Shown: piece after piece, positions 1 to 9,808 of the stretch
Layout of the letters: each line of letters starts with the position of its first letter
Position numbering within the stretch: the first letter of the stretch is position 1
Assembly: GCA_938084645.1 (NCBI GenBank)
Contig: CALKEP010000001.1
Coordinates: 1-64,000, forward strand
DNA: 64,000 nucleotides
Direction of reading: 5' to 3'
Origin: an uncultured Phycisphaerales bacterium
GTDB taxonomy: Bacteria; Planctomycetota; Phycisphaerae; Phycisphaerales; SM1A02
Notes under the pieces: generated by a model
Database searches by the model: none
What the model was told of the DNA's origin: nothing
What the model saw: the letters and a program-made list of their open reading frames with translations, nothing else
Made by a program: the position numbers and the translations under genes

Positions 1-131
1 CCGATCCGGGGGCGGCTCGATGGAGAAGAGCATGTTGGGTCGTCGTCGCCCGGATCGCGGGCTACTCTTGAACCACGCGCATGGGTCGACGGCCCGGACC
101 CAGCCATGCGACTTCGCCGGACCCCTCGGAC

Positions 132-1664
132 ATGACCAGACCGCAACTGATGCCGACCATGCTCGCCTTCGGCTTGCTGGCCGCCTCCCCGGCCCTGGCC
201 GCGGAGGTCGTGACCGAAGATCCGGTCCGGGCCATCGTGCGAACCGCCCCGGACGTTCGGATCCACGAGGATCGGGAGGGCGGATTCTGGCTCGTGCCCG
301 ATCCGGCCCGATCACGACTCACGACCGCCGACCTGATCGCCGCCCGACTGCTGCGGGATCAACTGTTCGAGGTGCGGGCGACCGACCTCCGCCCGCTCTT
401 CGCACACCCGCCCGTGAATGAAGCGCTCGCCCGCGCGAACCGTCTCGATCGGTATTTCATCGTCGAGTTTCCGAACGCGGCGTCCGCCGTGACCGCGATC
501 GAAGCGGTCGGCGACTTCGCGGCGATCGGCGGTCCGGTCGAAGCCATCGAACTCGATGCGTCCGGTGGCGTCGCCTCGCCGCCCGACGACCCCTGGTTCG
601 AATTCCAGTACGGCATGTCGAACACCGGACAGAACGTCGCCGGCGACGACGGCATCGTCGGAGCCGACGTGAACGTGCTTCCTGCGTGGGACTGGACGGT
701 CGGATCGGAGCAGGTGGTCGTCGCGGTGCTCGACTCCGGCGTCGATCCCCACATCGAGTTCGGTGACCGTCTGCTGCCGGGCTGGAACGTCCCCGACGGG
801 AACGACCAGTTCGACGACGAGTGCGGAAGCCACGGCACGCACGTGTCCGGCATCCTCGGTGCCGCCGGTGACAACGATGAGGGCATCGCGGGCGTCGCCT
901 GGCGGCCGCGGATCATGCCGGTGGTCGTCACCAACGGTTGCACGGGCCTCGAAAGCTGGGTCGCGGAAGGCATCGTCTGGGCGGTGGACCATGGTGCCGA
1001 CATCATCAACATGAGCCTCCAGTACTCGGCGGGCACCGAAGCCTTCGCTGATGCGGTGGCCTACGCCGACGCCGCCGGCGTCATCCAGATCGCCGCCGCC
1101 GGAAACACCGGTGGGGCCGACGACGTGCAGGCGCCCGCGCGGTTCCCGCAGACGATCGCCGTCGCGGCGACCGACAACCGCGACCGACACGAGCCGTTTT
1201 CGAGCGCTGGGCCGGAGATCGACCTCGCCGCGCCCGGCTGGCGGATCTATTCCTGCATCGGTTCCTCCTCCTATGGCTACAAGTCGGGCACCAGCATGGC
1301 GGCCCCCTTCGTGACGGGTGCGGTCGCCCTGATGAAGACCGTCGCCCCCGACCTCGATCCGGTCACCGCGAAGGTGATGCTGATGGTCCACGCGGAGGAC
1401 ATCGAGTCTCCCGGCTTCGACGACCTGACCGGCACGGGGCGACTCGACATCGAAGCCTCGCTCCTGGCACTCGATCCCCAGCCGCCCGCCGCGGGCGATC
1501 TCAACCGCGACGGCCTCGTCGACGGCGAGGACTTCGGCATCATGCTGACGGGTTGGGGACCATGCCCCTCGGACTGCGAGGAGACCTGCGTGGGCGATCT
1601 CAACGGCGACTGCCGGATCGATGGTCTCGATCTCGGCCTGCTCTTCGTCGACTGGACCGGATGA
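132..1664 (+). CDS. Secreted S8 (subtilisin-family) serine peptidase with C-terminal dockerin-like Ca-binding domain
   Basis: Catalytic motifs VAVLDSG, HGTHVSG, AAGN and GTSMAAP. Signal peptide (MLAFGLLAASPALA). C-terminal pair DLNRDGLVDGED / DLNGDCRIDGLD. Start uncertain (81, 132 or later). Confidence 0.92.
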   Translation: MTRPQLMPTMLAFGLLAASPALAAEVVTEDPVRAIVRTAPDVRIHEDREGGFWLVPDPARSRLTTADLIAARLLRDQLFEVRATDLRPLFAHPPVNEALARANRLDRYFIVEFPNAASAVTAIEAVGDFAAIGGPVEAIELDASGGVASPPDDPWFEFQYGMSNTGQNVAGDDGIVGADVNVLPAWDWTVGSEQVVVAVLDSGVDPHIEFGDRLLPGWNVPDGNDQFDDECGSHGTHVSGILGAAGDNDEGIAGVAWRPRIMPVVVTNGCTGLESWVAEGIVWAVDHGADIINMSLQYSAGTEAFADAVAYADAAGVIQIAAAGNTGGADDVQAPARFPQTIAVAATDNRDRHEPFSSAGPEIDLAAPGWRIYSCIGSSSYGYKSGTSMAAPFVTGAVALMKTVAPDLDPVTAKVMLMVHAEDIESPGFDDLTGTGRLDIEASLLALDPQPPAAGDLNRDGLVDGEDFGIMLTGWGPCPSDCEETCVGDLNGDCRIDGLDLGLLFVDWTG

Positions 1665-1782
1665 TTCCGACGATGCCCGGGCTCGCGGCCGAGAAGGATC
1701 GCGGCGATGATCGAACCGCGTTCGACCCGGCGGAGGTGCCGACGGGTGACGCGCCGCTCGAGATCATCCCGGATGCCTCCTC

Positions 1783-2514
1783 ATGAACGATGTCGTCGAC
1801 CTGCTCACCGCGCACCGCTCGGTTCGCCGCTTCAAGCCGGATCCGATTCCGGAAGAACACCTCCAGGCCGCCATCCGGGCGGGGCAGCAGGCGGCGACGA
1901 GTTCGAACATCCAGGCCTATGCGGCGATTCGCATCACCGACCCCGCGGTTCGGGACCGACTCATCTCGCTCACCGGCGGTCAGGAGAAGGTGGCCGCGTG
2001 TCCGCTGTTCCTCGCGATCTGCGGGGACGTCCGACGGCATCGGCTCATCGCGGCCCGGGCGGATGTGCCGCATGCGTCGAATCTCGAGGAGTTCCTGCTC
2101 GCGGTGATCGACGCGACCCTGTTCGCGCAGAACATGGTGGTCGCGTTCGAGTCGATGGGATACGGAACGTGCTACATCGGTGGGCTGCGCAACGATCTGC
2201 CGGCGTTGCACGAGGTCCTTCGCACCCCCGAGGGTGTCTGGCCGCTCTTCGGGCTGTGCGTCGGAACACCGGATCAGGAGACGTCGGTGAGGCCGCGACT
2301 CGATCCCGAGACGGTGCTCTTCGATGACGTCTATCCGGACGACGCCGCCGTTCTCGCCGCCGTGGACCAGTACGACCGGACCATCACCGACTGGTATCGA
2401 TCCAACCGCATGAAGACGCCGAACTGGTCCTCGCGGATCCAGCGGCAGTTCGAGGAACTGCGTCGGACCGGGAATTCCGCGTGGTATCAGGGGGCAGGGG
2501 CGTCCTTCGAGTGA
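1783..2514 (+). CDS. nfsA: NfsA/NfrA-type NADPH-dependent nitroreductase / flavin reductase
   Basis: HRSVRRF, AATSSNIQ, IDATLFAQN, GTCYIGGLRN and RPRL motifs of the NfsA/FRP subfamily. Confidence 0.85.
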   Translation: MNDVVDLLTAHRSVRRFKPDPIPEEHLQAAIRAGQQAATSSNIQAYAAIRITDPAVRDRLISLTGGQEKVAACPLFLAICGDVRRHRLIAARADVPHASNLEEFLLAVIDATLFAQNMVVAFESMGYGTCYIGGLRNDLPALHEVLRTPEGVWPLFGLCVGTPDQETSVRPRLDPETVLFDDVYPDDAAVLAAVDQYDRTITDWYRSNRMKTPNWSSRIQRQFEELRRTGNSAWYQGAGASFE

Positions 2515-2606
2515 TTCCTCGTCATCGAAGGCGATAGGATGTCACGACCGACCTTGCTTCGCGACGATGCTCGTCGACGAACCCCTCGGTCAAAGGAGTG
2601 CTTCGG

Positions 2607-3101
2607 ATGCTCGTGAAGGTGACGCTCGCCCGACTGCTGATTCGCGAGATGGCGGATTCGCAGTTCGTCACGCTCCAGGAGGAGGGGGGTGATCGCATGT
2701 TCCCGATCGCGATCGGACTTCCGGAGGCGTTCGCGATCGAGCGACGTCTTCGCAAGACGCCGATTCCGCGTCCCCAGACCCACGACCTGCTCGGCAACGT
2801 GATCGAGCTCATGGGCGGAACCCTCGTCCAGATCGTCATCCATGCCCTTGAAGAGGGGACCTTCTTCGCGAAGCTCGTCATCCGCCAGGGCGATGCGCTG
2901 GTCGAGGTCGACTCGCGACCGTCCGACGCGATCGCCCTCGGCGTCCGCTCGGATGTCCCCATCTTCGTCGCGGATTCGGTGCTGGAAGAGGCATCCAGCG
3001 ACCCGACCGTCGACCAGCAACCGCCGGAACATCCGGGGTGGATGCCCGACTTCGACGACGCCGAGGACGATTCCGAGGACGGCGAGGACGGGTTCGCGTG
3101 A
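2607..3101 (+). CDS. Bifunctional nuclease family protein (DUF151)
   Basis: PIAIG, RPQTHDLL and DSRPSDAIAL motifs. AAGGAG RBS before ATG 2607. Acidic tail. Confidence 0.88.
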   Translation: MLVKVTLARLLIREMADSQFVTLQEEGGDRMFPIAIGLPEAFAIERRLRKTPIPRPQTHDLLGNVIELMGGTLVQIVIHALEEGTFFAKLVIRQGDALVEVDSRPSDAIALGVRSDVPIFVADSVLEEASSDPTVDQQPPEHPGWMPDFDDAEDDSEDGEDGFA

Positions 3102-4471
3102 CCAAGAAAACCGACGACGATCTCCACATCGCCCCGCCGACGGCGCCCGGTGTTCTCGGCGATCCGATGCCGCAGGGCCGGATCCTCGAGACGCCGCTCC
3201 TCGCGGGGCGGATCAAGCTTCGCGACGACGACTTCATCGTCGACGAGCTTCCGCTGTACGAGCCGCGCGGGGAAGGCGAACACCTCTACATCCGGGTCCA
3301 GAAGCGCGGGCTCGCCCACACGGAACTCCTCGGCCTCCTGCGCCGCCACTTCAAGGTGAAGGAATCGGCGATCGGCGCCGCGGGGATGAAGGACCGAGTG
3401 GCCATGACCGGCCAGACCATCTCGATTCACCTTCCCGACCGGAAGGGTCCGCCCGCGGAGGTCGCGACCGCGATCGAGGACTCGCGGGTCCAGATCGTCT
3501 GGGCGGACTGGCACACGAACAAACTGCGTCGAGGTCATCTCGCCGGCAATCGTTTCTCGATCCGCATCCGCGACCTCGATCCGTTGCAGGCCCCGGCGGT
3601 CTGGCGGGCGATGCAGACGCTCGAGAGCCGAGGGGTGCCGAACCACTACGGCACCCAGCGGTTCGGATATCGCCGCAACACCCACCGGCTCGGTCGGATG
3701 ATCCTGGCCCGGGACTGGGACGGGCTCGCCGCGGAGATGCTCGGGACGACCGGTTCCTGGTTTCCGGCGCACCAGCGGAGTCAGCGGGAGGCGTTCGATG
3801 CGGGTCGGTTCGACGAAGCCGCGAAGGGCTGGGGTCGCCGCGACGTCGCGGAGCGGGGGATGGCCGCCGCGATCGCGAAGGGACGATCCACCGAGGAAGC
3901 GGTCGCCACCGTCTCCAAGCAGATGCGGACCTTCTGGGTGAGTGCGCTGCAGTCCTCGATCTTCAATCATCTCCTCGAGGCGCGAATCAAGGCCGGAACG
4001 ATCGACCGGATCCTCGAGGGCGACGTGGCGTTTCGCCATGACAGCCGGCGGAGTTTTCTCGCCGATGCGGGCATGCTGGAGCGCGAGGATCTCGCCGCCC
4101 AGGCGGCGGCGTTCGAACTCTCCCCCGGAGGTCCCATCCTCGGGCCGGGCATGCCGCAGGCCACGGGCGAGATCCTGGATTCCGAACGGGCGGCCTTCGC
4201 GGATGCCGGCGTGGATGCGACGGCCTTCGCGGGGGACGGGCTCGATTTCAAGGGGACCCGCCGTCCCTACCGGATCCGGCTCACGAATCTCGAACTCGAT
4301 TCCGGCTTCGACGAGCACGGCCCGTACGTTCGCACCGCGTTCGATCTGCCCCGCGGTTCCTACGCCACGGTCGTGCTGCGTGAGATCATCGGTGACGACG
4401 GCGTCGAGGCGCACCGTCGGGACAAGCGGGATCGAGACGCCTTCAAGACCGACACCAACCGGGACGCCTGA
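3098..4471 (+). CDS. truD: tRNA pseudouridine(13) synthase TruD
   Basis: DFIVDE, GEGEH, AGMKD (catalytic Asp), GNRFSI, PNHYGTQRFG and LPRGSYAT. GTG start overlaps the upstream TGA. Confidence 0.93.
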   Translation: MTKKTDDDLHIAPPTAPGVLGDPMPQGRILETPLLAGRIKLRDDDFIVDELPLYEPRGEGEHLYIRVQKRGLAHTELLGLLRRHFKVKESAIGAAGMKDRVAMTGQTISIHLPDRKGPPAEVATAIEDSRVQIVWADWHTNKLRRGHLAGNRFSIRIRDLDPLQAPAVWRAMQTLESRGVPNHYGTQRFGYRRNTHRLGRMILARDWDGLAAEMLGTTGSWFPAHQRSQREAFDAGRFDEAAKGWGRRDVAERGMAAAIAKGRSTEEAVATVSKQMRTFWVSALQSSIFNHLLEARIKAGTIDRILEGDVAFRHDSRRSFLADAGMLEREDLAAQAAAFELSPGGPILGPGMPQATGEILDSERAAFADAGVDATAFAGDGLDFKGTRRPYRIRLTNLELDSGFDEHGPYVRTAFDLPRGSYATVVLREIIGDDGVEAHRRDKRDRDAFKTDTNRDA

Positions 4472-4557
4472 CCACGACGGGTCGATCGAAACGTTCAGGT
4501 CGGCCTCGGGCCGATGACGCGCGTCACGTTCGATGTCGCGTGTCGGTCGTCCAGACG

Positions 4558-4566
4558 TGCTATATT
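4558..4566 (+). promoter_or_regulatory. Putative extended -10 promoter (TGcTATATT) of the first oxidase operon
   Basis: TGnTATATT lies downstream of ATG 4533, which suggests the true coxB start is at 4623 or 4641. Confidence 0.4.
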
Positions 4567-4622
4567 CCGCGCGGCGACGTGCACACGTCGCTGCGCGTCG
4601 AACGTCGAAAGGAAGATCCGTC

Positions 4623-5804
4623 TTGCGAGGATGTCGATCCGTGATCGCGATCGTCTTCTGCATCGCACTAGGTGTGGCGGGGATGGCTGCGCCGGTCGAG
4701 GCGTCGCAGGAGGATGCCAACGCGGCCGCGGCGGCGCCTCCGGTGCCTCCGGCTCCCGCGCCGGTTCGGCAGCCCGACGGATCGGTGGCGGACCTCGATG
4801 CGAAGCTCGTGATCTGCGATCCCGACGCGCCCCCGGTGTCCGGCGCGGGTGTGACGAGCATCTTCGAGCCCGAGTCCCCGCCGTCCCGTGAGATCCGCGA
4901 ACTCGGATTCCTCGTCTTCGCGATCTGCATCGGGATCTTCGTGGTGGTCCAGGGATTCCTGGTGCTCGCCATCGTCCGAGGGGTCCGGTCCCGCCGCGCG
5001 GCCGGGCGGGAAGGGGAAGGGGGATCCGCCGAGCCGACGCAGGTGTACGGGAGCGTTCCGATCGAAGTGGCCTGGACGGTGATCCCGACGATCATCGTGT
5101 TCGTGCTCACGATGGTCACGATCCGGACCATCCGCGACATCGACATCACCTCGCCGCCCGAAGATGCGCTGGAGGTGATCGTGATCGGCCATCAGTGGTG
5201 GTGGGAGTTCCGCTATCCCGACGAAGCCGGCGAAGTGGTGACCGCGAACGAGATGCACGTCCCGGTGGGGCGGCCGATCTGGCTCCGCCTCGAATCCGCG
5301 GACGTGATCCACAGCTTCTGGGTCCCCCGGCTCGCGGGCAAGATGGATCTGATTCCCGGTCGTACGAACTACACCTGGTTCGAGGCCGAGCGAGCCGGCA
5401 TCTATCTCGGCCAGTGCGCCGAGTACTGCGGAACGCAGCACGCCCACATGCTGATCCGCGTCTACGCGGACGAGCCCGAGGCCTTCGACGCCTGGCTCGA
5501 CGCGCAGCGGAAGCCCGGGGTCGAGGATCCGACGGTCGCCGAAGGGCGACGGGTGTTCGCCGAGTACGCCTGCCTCAACTGTCACACGGTCGATGGGACG
5601 AGCGACGGCATGTTCGGTCCGAATCTCACCCACCTCGCCAGTCGCGACACCATCGGTTCCGGGTTCATTCCGCTCAACCGCGAGAACCTGCGGGCATGGA
5701 TCGACGATCCCGCCCAGTTGAAGATCGGTTGCAACATGCCCTCCCTCAAACTCGACGCCGCGGAACTCGACGCGGTGACCGACTATCTCCTGACGCTGAA
5801 CTGA
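4623..5804 (+). CDS. ctaC: Cytochrome c oxidase subunit II with fused C-terminal cytochrome c (caa3 type)
   Basis: EVAWT, GHQWWWEF, HSFW, CuA motif CAEYCGTQHAHM and haem c motif CLNCH...NMP. Start uncertain (4533, 4623 or 4641). Confidence 0.93.
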   Translation: MRGCRSVIAIVFCIALGVAGMAAPVEASQEDANAAAAAPPVPPAPAPVRQPDGSVADLDAKLVICDPDAPPVSGAGVTSIFEPESPPSREIRELGFLVFAICIGIFVVVQGFLVLAIVRGVRSRRAAGREGEGGSAEPTQVYGSVPIEVAWTVIPTIIVFVLTMVTIRTIRDIDITSPPEDALEVIVIGHQWWWEFRYPDEAGEVVTANEMHVPVGRPIWLRLESADVIHSFWVPRLAGKMDLIPGRTNYTWFEAERAGIYLGQCAEYCGTQHAHMLIRVYADEPEAFDAWLDAQRKPGVEDPTVAEGRRVFAEYACLNCHTVDGTSDGMFGPNLTHLASRDTIGSGFIPLNRENLRAWIDDPAQLKIGCNMPSLKLDAAELDAVTDYLLTLN

Positions 5805-5817
5805 TCGAAAGTCGACC

Positions 5818-7503
5818 ATGAGCATTCCACCACGACATCCGGGCCCGGCCTCGCTGACCAGCCGTGGTGGCCGTGGTCGCTTCTGGGAGTCGGTGATGCA
5901 GTGGGCGATCTCGGTCGATCACAAGAAGCTCGCCCTCATGTACATCGGGGCGGGCCTCTGCTTCTTCCTGGTGGCGGGGCTCGAGGCCGCGTTCATGCGG
6001 CTCCAGCTCGCCCGGGCCGAAAACGACGTGATCGACCCGGAGACGTTCAACCAGCTCTTCACCATGCACGGAACGACGATGGTGTTCCTGGTCGGCATGC
6101 CGATCCTGCTGGGCTTCGGCAACTATCTGATCCCGCTGATGGTCGGCGCCAGGGACATGGCGTTCCCGCGTCTGAACGCGTTCGGTTTCTGGCTCTTCAT
6201 CTTCGGCGGGCTGCTGCTCTACTTCAGCTATCTCGGGGCCGACGGCCTGTACGGGGCCGGCACCGCGCCGGATGTCGGCTGGTTCGCGTACGCCCCGTTG
6301 ACCAGCCGCACCTTCAGCCGCGGAAACAGCACCGACTACTGGATCCTCGGGATCATGGTCAGCGGCTTCGGCAGCATGACCACCGCGATCAACTTCATCG
6401 CGACGATCCTCTGCATGCGGTGCCCCGGCATGACGCTGATGCGAATGCCCATGATCGGCTGGATGATGCTGGTGGTCGCGTTCCTGGTGCTGGTGGCGAT
6501 CCCGATCCTCACCGGCGCCCAGATCATGCTGCTCCTGGATCGCACGCTCGGAGCGCACTTCTTCGATCCGGAGACGCAGGGGTCGGCCATCCTCTGGCAG
6601 CACCTGTTCTGGTTCTTCGGGCATCCCGAGGTCTACATCCTGATCCTGCCGGCGTTCGGGTTCGTGAGCGAGATCATGCCCACGTTCAGTCGCAAGGTCC
6701 TCTTCGGCTACCCGCTGATGGTCGCCGCGACGGTCGGCATCGGGTTCATCTCGCTGGGCGTGTGGGCCCATCACATGTTCGTGGTCGGGCTGGGACCGGT
6801 CCTCGACTCGTTCTTCGGGGCGACGACCTTCCTCATATCCGTGCCAACCGGCATCAAGATCTTCAACTGGCTGGGCACGATGTGGGGTGGGCGACTCCAC
6901 TTCACGACGCCGATGCTGTTCGTGACCGGTTTCGTCGCGATGTTCGTGATCGGCGGCCTCACCGGGATCATGCTCGCGACCGTCCCCCTCACCTGGCAGC
7001 TCTCCGACAGCTACTTCGTGGTGGGGCACTTCCACTACGTCCTCTTCGGCGGCACGGTGTTCGGAATCTTCGGCGCGATCTTCTACTGGTTCCCGAAGGC
7101 GACCGGACGACTCCTCGACGAACGACTCGGCAAGTGGACGTTCTGGCTGCTGTTCATCGGCTTCACGCTGACCTTCATGCCGATGCACGTCTCCGGGGCC
7201 CTCGGCATGCCGCGTCGCATCTACACCTACGAGGCCGATCGCGGATGGGAGATCTGGAATCTGATCAGCTCGATCGGCGTGCCGGTGCAGATGGCCGGCG
7301 TCGCGATCTTCCTGTGGAACGCGATCCGGGCCCTGCGTCGCGGCCCGGTGGCCGGTGACGATCCGTGGGACGCGTGGACCCTCGAGTGGGGGACGACCAG
7401 TCCGCCGCCGGAGTGGAACTTCGACCGAATCCCGACCTGCACCAGCGCCCGTCCCCTGTGGGATCGGAAGAATCCGGAGGATCCCGATGCGTACTACGAG
7501 TGA
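5818..7503 (+). CDS. ctaD: Cytochrome c oxidase subunit I, A1-type
   Basis: MHGTTM, DMAFPRLN (D-channel), GHPEVY (A1 signature), WAHHM, PTGIK (K-channel), HFHY and GMPRR. Confidence 0.97.
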   Translation: MSIPPRHPGPASLTSRGGRGRFWESVMQWAISVDHKKLALMYIGAGLCFFLVAGLEAAFMRLQLARAENDVIDPETFNQLFTMHGTTMVFLVGMPILLGFGNYLIPLMVGARDMAFPRLNAFGFWLFIFGGLLLYFSYLGADGLYGAGTAPDVGWFAYAPLTSRTFSRGNSTDYWILGIMVSGFGSMTTAINFIATILCMRCPGMTLMRMPMIGWMMLVVAFLVLVAIPILTGAQIMLLLDRTLGAHFFDPETQGSAILWQHLFWFFGHPEVYILILPAFGFVSEIMPTFSRKVLFGYPLMVAATVGIGFISLGVWAHHMFVVGLGPVLDSFFGATTFLISVPTGIKIFNWLGTMWGGRLHFTTPMLFVTGFVAMFVIGGLTGIMLATVPLTWQLSDSYFVVGHFHYVLFGGTVFGIFGAIFYWFPKATGRLLDERLGKWTFWLLFIGFTLTFMPMHVSGALGMPRRIYTYEADRGWEIWNLISSIGVPVQMAGVAIFLWNAIRALRRGPVAGDDPWDAWTLEWGTTSPPPEWNFDRIPTCTSARPLWDRKNPEDPDAYYE

Positions 7504-7533
7504 TCCCGGTCGGATCCGACGGGGGGTGCGAGC

Positions 7534-8163
7534 ATGACGGCGCTCCCCGCCAACCCGGAGGCAGCCGCGACGCTTCGGTCGCCGTTGTCCCGCGCCAAGG
7601 TCGGAATGGCCTGCCTGATCTTCATGGAGAGCGCGATCTTCAGCGCGTTCCTCGTGACCTACCTCTACTACATCGGGAAGAGTCCCGACGGTCCCCAGCC
7701 GCTCGAATGCCTCGAGCTCGGGCTGGTGCTCGTCAACAGCGCGTGCCTGATCTCCTCCAGTTTCACGGTGGTGATCGCGGTCCGGGCCCTCGCCCGGGGT
7801 GCGATGGGGGCGTTCAGGTTCTGGCTCGCCCTGACCATCCTGCTCGGGATCGAGTTCCTCGTCGGCACCGGCTACGAATGGTGGGGGCTCATCGAGGACA
7901 AGGGCCTCACCCTGCAGTCGAACGCCTTCGGCACGAACTTCTACTCGCTCGTCGGTCTCCACGCCTTCCACGTGATCGTCGGGATGCTCATGCTCGTGGT
8001 CATCCTGGTGCTTTCGATCTTCGGGTTCATCCGGCCCGATCGTGATCATCAGCGGGTCGACGTCGCGACCTGGTACTGGCACTTCGTCGACGTGGTCTGG
8101 ATCCTCGTCTTCACCCTGGTCTACATCGTCGGCCGGGTGCCGCAGGGAGCGCCGGCATCATGA
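7534..8163 (+). CDS. ctaE: Cytochrome c oxidase subunit III (short 5-TM form)
   Basis: IFMES..FSAF, GLHAFHV and YWHFVDVVW. Confidence 0.93.
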   Translation: MTALPANPEAAATLRSPLSRAKVGMACLIFMESAIFSAFLVTYLYYIGKSPDGPQPLECLELGLVLVNSACLISSSFTVVIAVRALARGAMGAFRFWLALTILLGIEFLVGTGYEWWGLIEDKGLTLQSNAFGTNFYSLVGLHAFHVIVGMLMLVVILVLSIFGFIRPDRDHQRVDVATWYWHFVDVVWILVFTLVYIVGRVPQGAPAS

Positions 8164-9014
8164 CGGAGCGAGCGGAACAACGAGAGGAACGGGCGGCGCT
8201 CGCCCCCCGCGAAGCGCGGGAGATGCCGTATCTGCGGGCGATTCCGCGGCCGACGCCGTGGCCGATCATCACCGCGTTCGGGGTGACCTTCATGTTCGCC
8301 GCGATCGTCACCAACATCTTCGTGGTGGTGGTGGGGGCGGTGTTCGCGCTGGTGGGCGTGATCGGTTGGTTCCGCGAGGTCTTCCCGCACGAGAACGTCG
8401 AGGCGATCCCGGTCGCGGACTGCGAGATCCCGCTGCCGCCACCCGAGTTCGCGCCGCGTCCGAAGAAGACGCCCCGCAACGTCGTCCCCGAGCGGATTCA
8501 CCCGTATCGAAGCGGCGTGAAGGGGGCGATCGCCGGTGCGATCGCGATGGCGGTGGTCGCCGCCGCATGGGGCGTGATCGACGCCGGAAGTCTCTGGCTG
8601 CCCATCAACCTGCTCGCCGGCACCGTGCTTCCGTCCATCGGCGAGGCGACCGAAGCCCAGCTCAAGACGTTCAACGCGACCTGGTTCGCGACGTCGGTCG
8701 GGCTTCACGCCTTTCTCAGCATCTCCGTGGGCATGGTCTTCGTGGTGTCGCTTCCCATGATGCCGCGACGACCGTTGCTCGCGGGCGGCCTGATCGCGCC
8801 GGTCATCTGGACCGGGATCGCGTGGGCGACGCTCCGCGTCGTGAATCCGACGCTCGAGGACTACATCTCCTGGCCGTGGTTCCTCGGAAGCCAGGTGGCG
8901 TTCGGGCTGGCCTGTGGATTCGTCATCTCCCGCGCGACGATGGTGCCGCTCCAGGTGGGCTGGAGCCTCGAGCGACGGATGGGCGTCGAGCGGACGGAGG
9001 GTGACGAATCGTGA
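8160..9014 (+). CDS. Multi-pass membrane protein; N-terminus resembles subunit III N-terminal helices / CtaF-like
   Basis: PRPTPWP...GWFRE two-helix motif followed by about four more TM segments. Start and stop overlap both neighbours. Confidence 0.7.
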   Translation: MTERAEQREERAALAPREAREMPYLRAIPRPTPWPIITAFGVTFMFAAIVTNIFVVVVGAVFALVGVIGWFREVFPHENVEAIPVADCEIPLPPPEFAPRPKKTPRNVVPERIHPYRSGVKGAIAGAIAMAVVAAAWGVIDAGSLWLPINLLAGTVLPSIGEATEAQLKTFNATWFATSVGLHAFLSISVGMVFVVSLPMMPRRPLLAGGLIAPVIWTGIAWATLRVVNPTLEDYISWPWFLGSQVAFGLACGFVISRATMVPLQVGWSLERRMGVERTEGDES

Positions 9015-9808
9015 GTGGAACGAGCCGAATCACCAGGGCGATCGGCGCTTCGGCGCTGCTGACCACGCTGGTCGGGGTCGCGCCATCGGGTTGCGACCGA
9101 CTTCCCGGCAAGCCACCTCCGTATCCACCGCCGGTGGTGTCGGCTTCGACGCCCGCCGGATTCGAGGCGACGTGGGCCGATCGTTGTTCGGGTTGTCACG
9201 GGGCGAACGGAACCCTGGGCGCCGGACTTCCGATGCGGAACGGCGAGTACCTGATGGCGGTCCCGGAGGACACGATGTTCTCGATCATCCGTGACGGGAT
9301 TCCGTCCAGCCGGATGCCCGGATTCGGTGGCGACGCCATCGGTGGGCTTGACGACGAGGTGATTCGAGCCTTCGTGGTGGGGATGCGGTCCGCGTGGGGC
9401 GACGCCGGCGCGAAGGGCGTCTCACGGGGGATCCCCTGGAAGGTCGATGCGAGCGACGGCGATCCCGATCGTGGTGGTCGGCTCTTCGCGGCGAAGTGCG
9501 CCTCCTGTCATCCGTCGGATGAACCGGCGAGTCGCGCCGTGGATCCGGGACCCGATCCGCTGGTGGCGGGGAGCGTGACCGATCCCTTCTACCTGCGACT
9601 GGTCAGCGACCAGCATCTGCACTCCAACATCGTCTTCGGCCGCGCGGATCTCGGCATGCCCGGGGCCGCCGGTCCCTTCCGCGGTCCCGATGGGGGAACG
9701 GTCGAGGGGCCGCTCGACGCCGCCGACGTCGCGGACATCGTCGCCTATCTCGGTGCGGGCCGTTCGAGCCTGCCCTCCGGTCCCGAAGTGAAGGATGGTG
9801 CCCCATGA
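9011..9808 (+). CDS. Dihaem cytochrome c (QcrC-like position), exported, possibly a lipoprotein
   Basis: CSGCH...MPG and CASCH...MPG. N-terminal signal ending PSGC. Confidence 0.85.
   Translation: MSGTSRITRAIGASALLTTLVGVAPSGCDRLPGKPPPYPPPVVSASTPAGFEATWADRCSGCHGANGTLGAGLPMRNGEYLMAVPEDTMFSIIRDGIPSSRMPGFGGDAIGGLDDEVIRAFVVGMRSAWGDAGAKGVSRGIPWKVDASDGDPDRGGRLFAAKCASCHPSDEPASRAVDPGPDPLVAGSVTDPFYLRLVSDQHLHSNIVFGRADLGMPGAAGPFRGPDGGTVEGPLDAADVADIVAYLGAGRSSLPSGPEVKDGAP

Noticed and set aside
132..1664. Cellulosome component
   Set aside because: A dockerin-like tail is present, but I recognised no cohesin, scaffoldin or glycoside hydrolase in the window.
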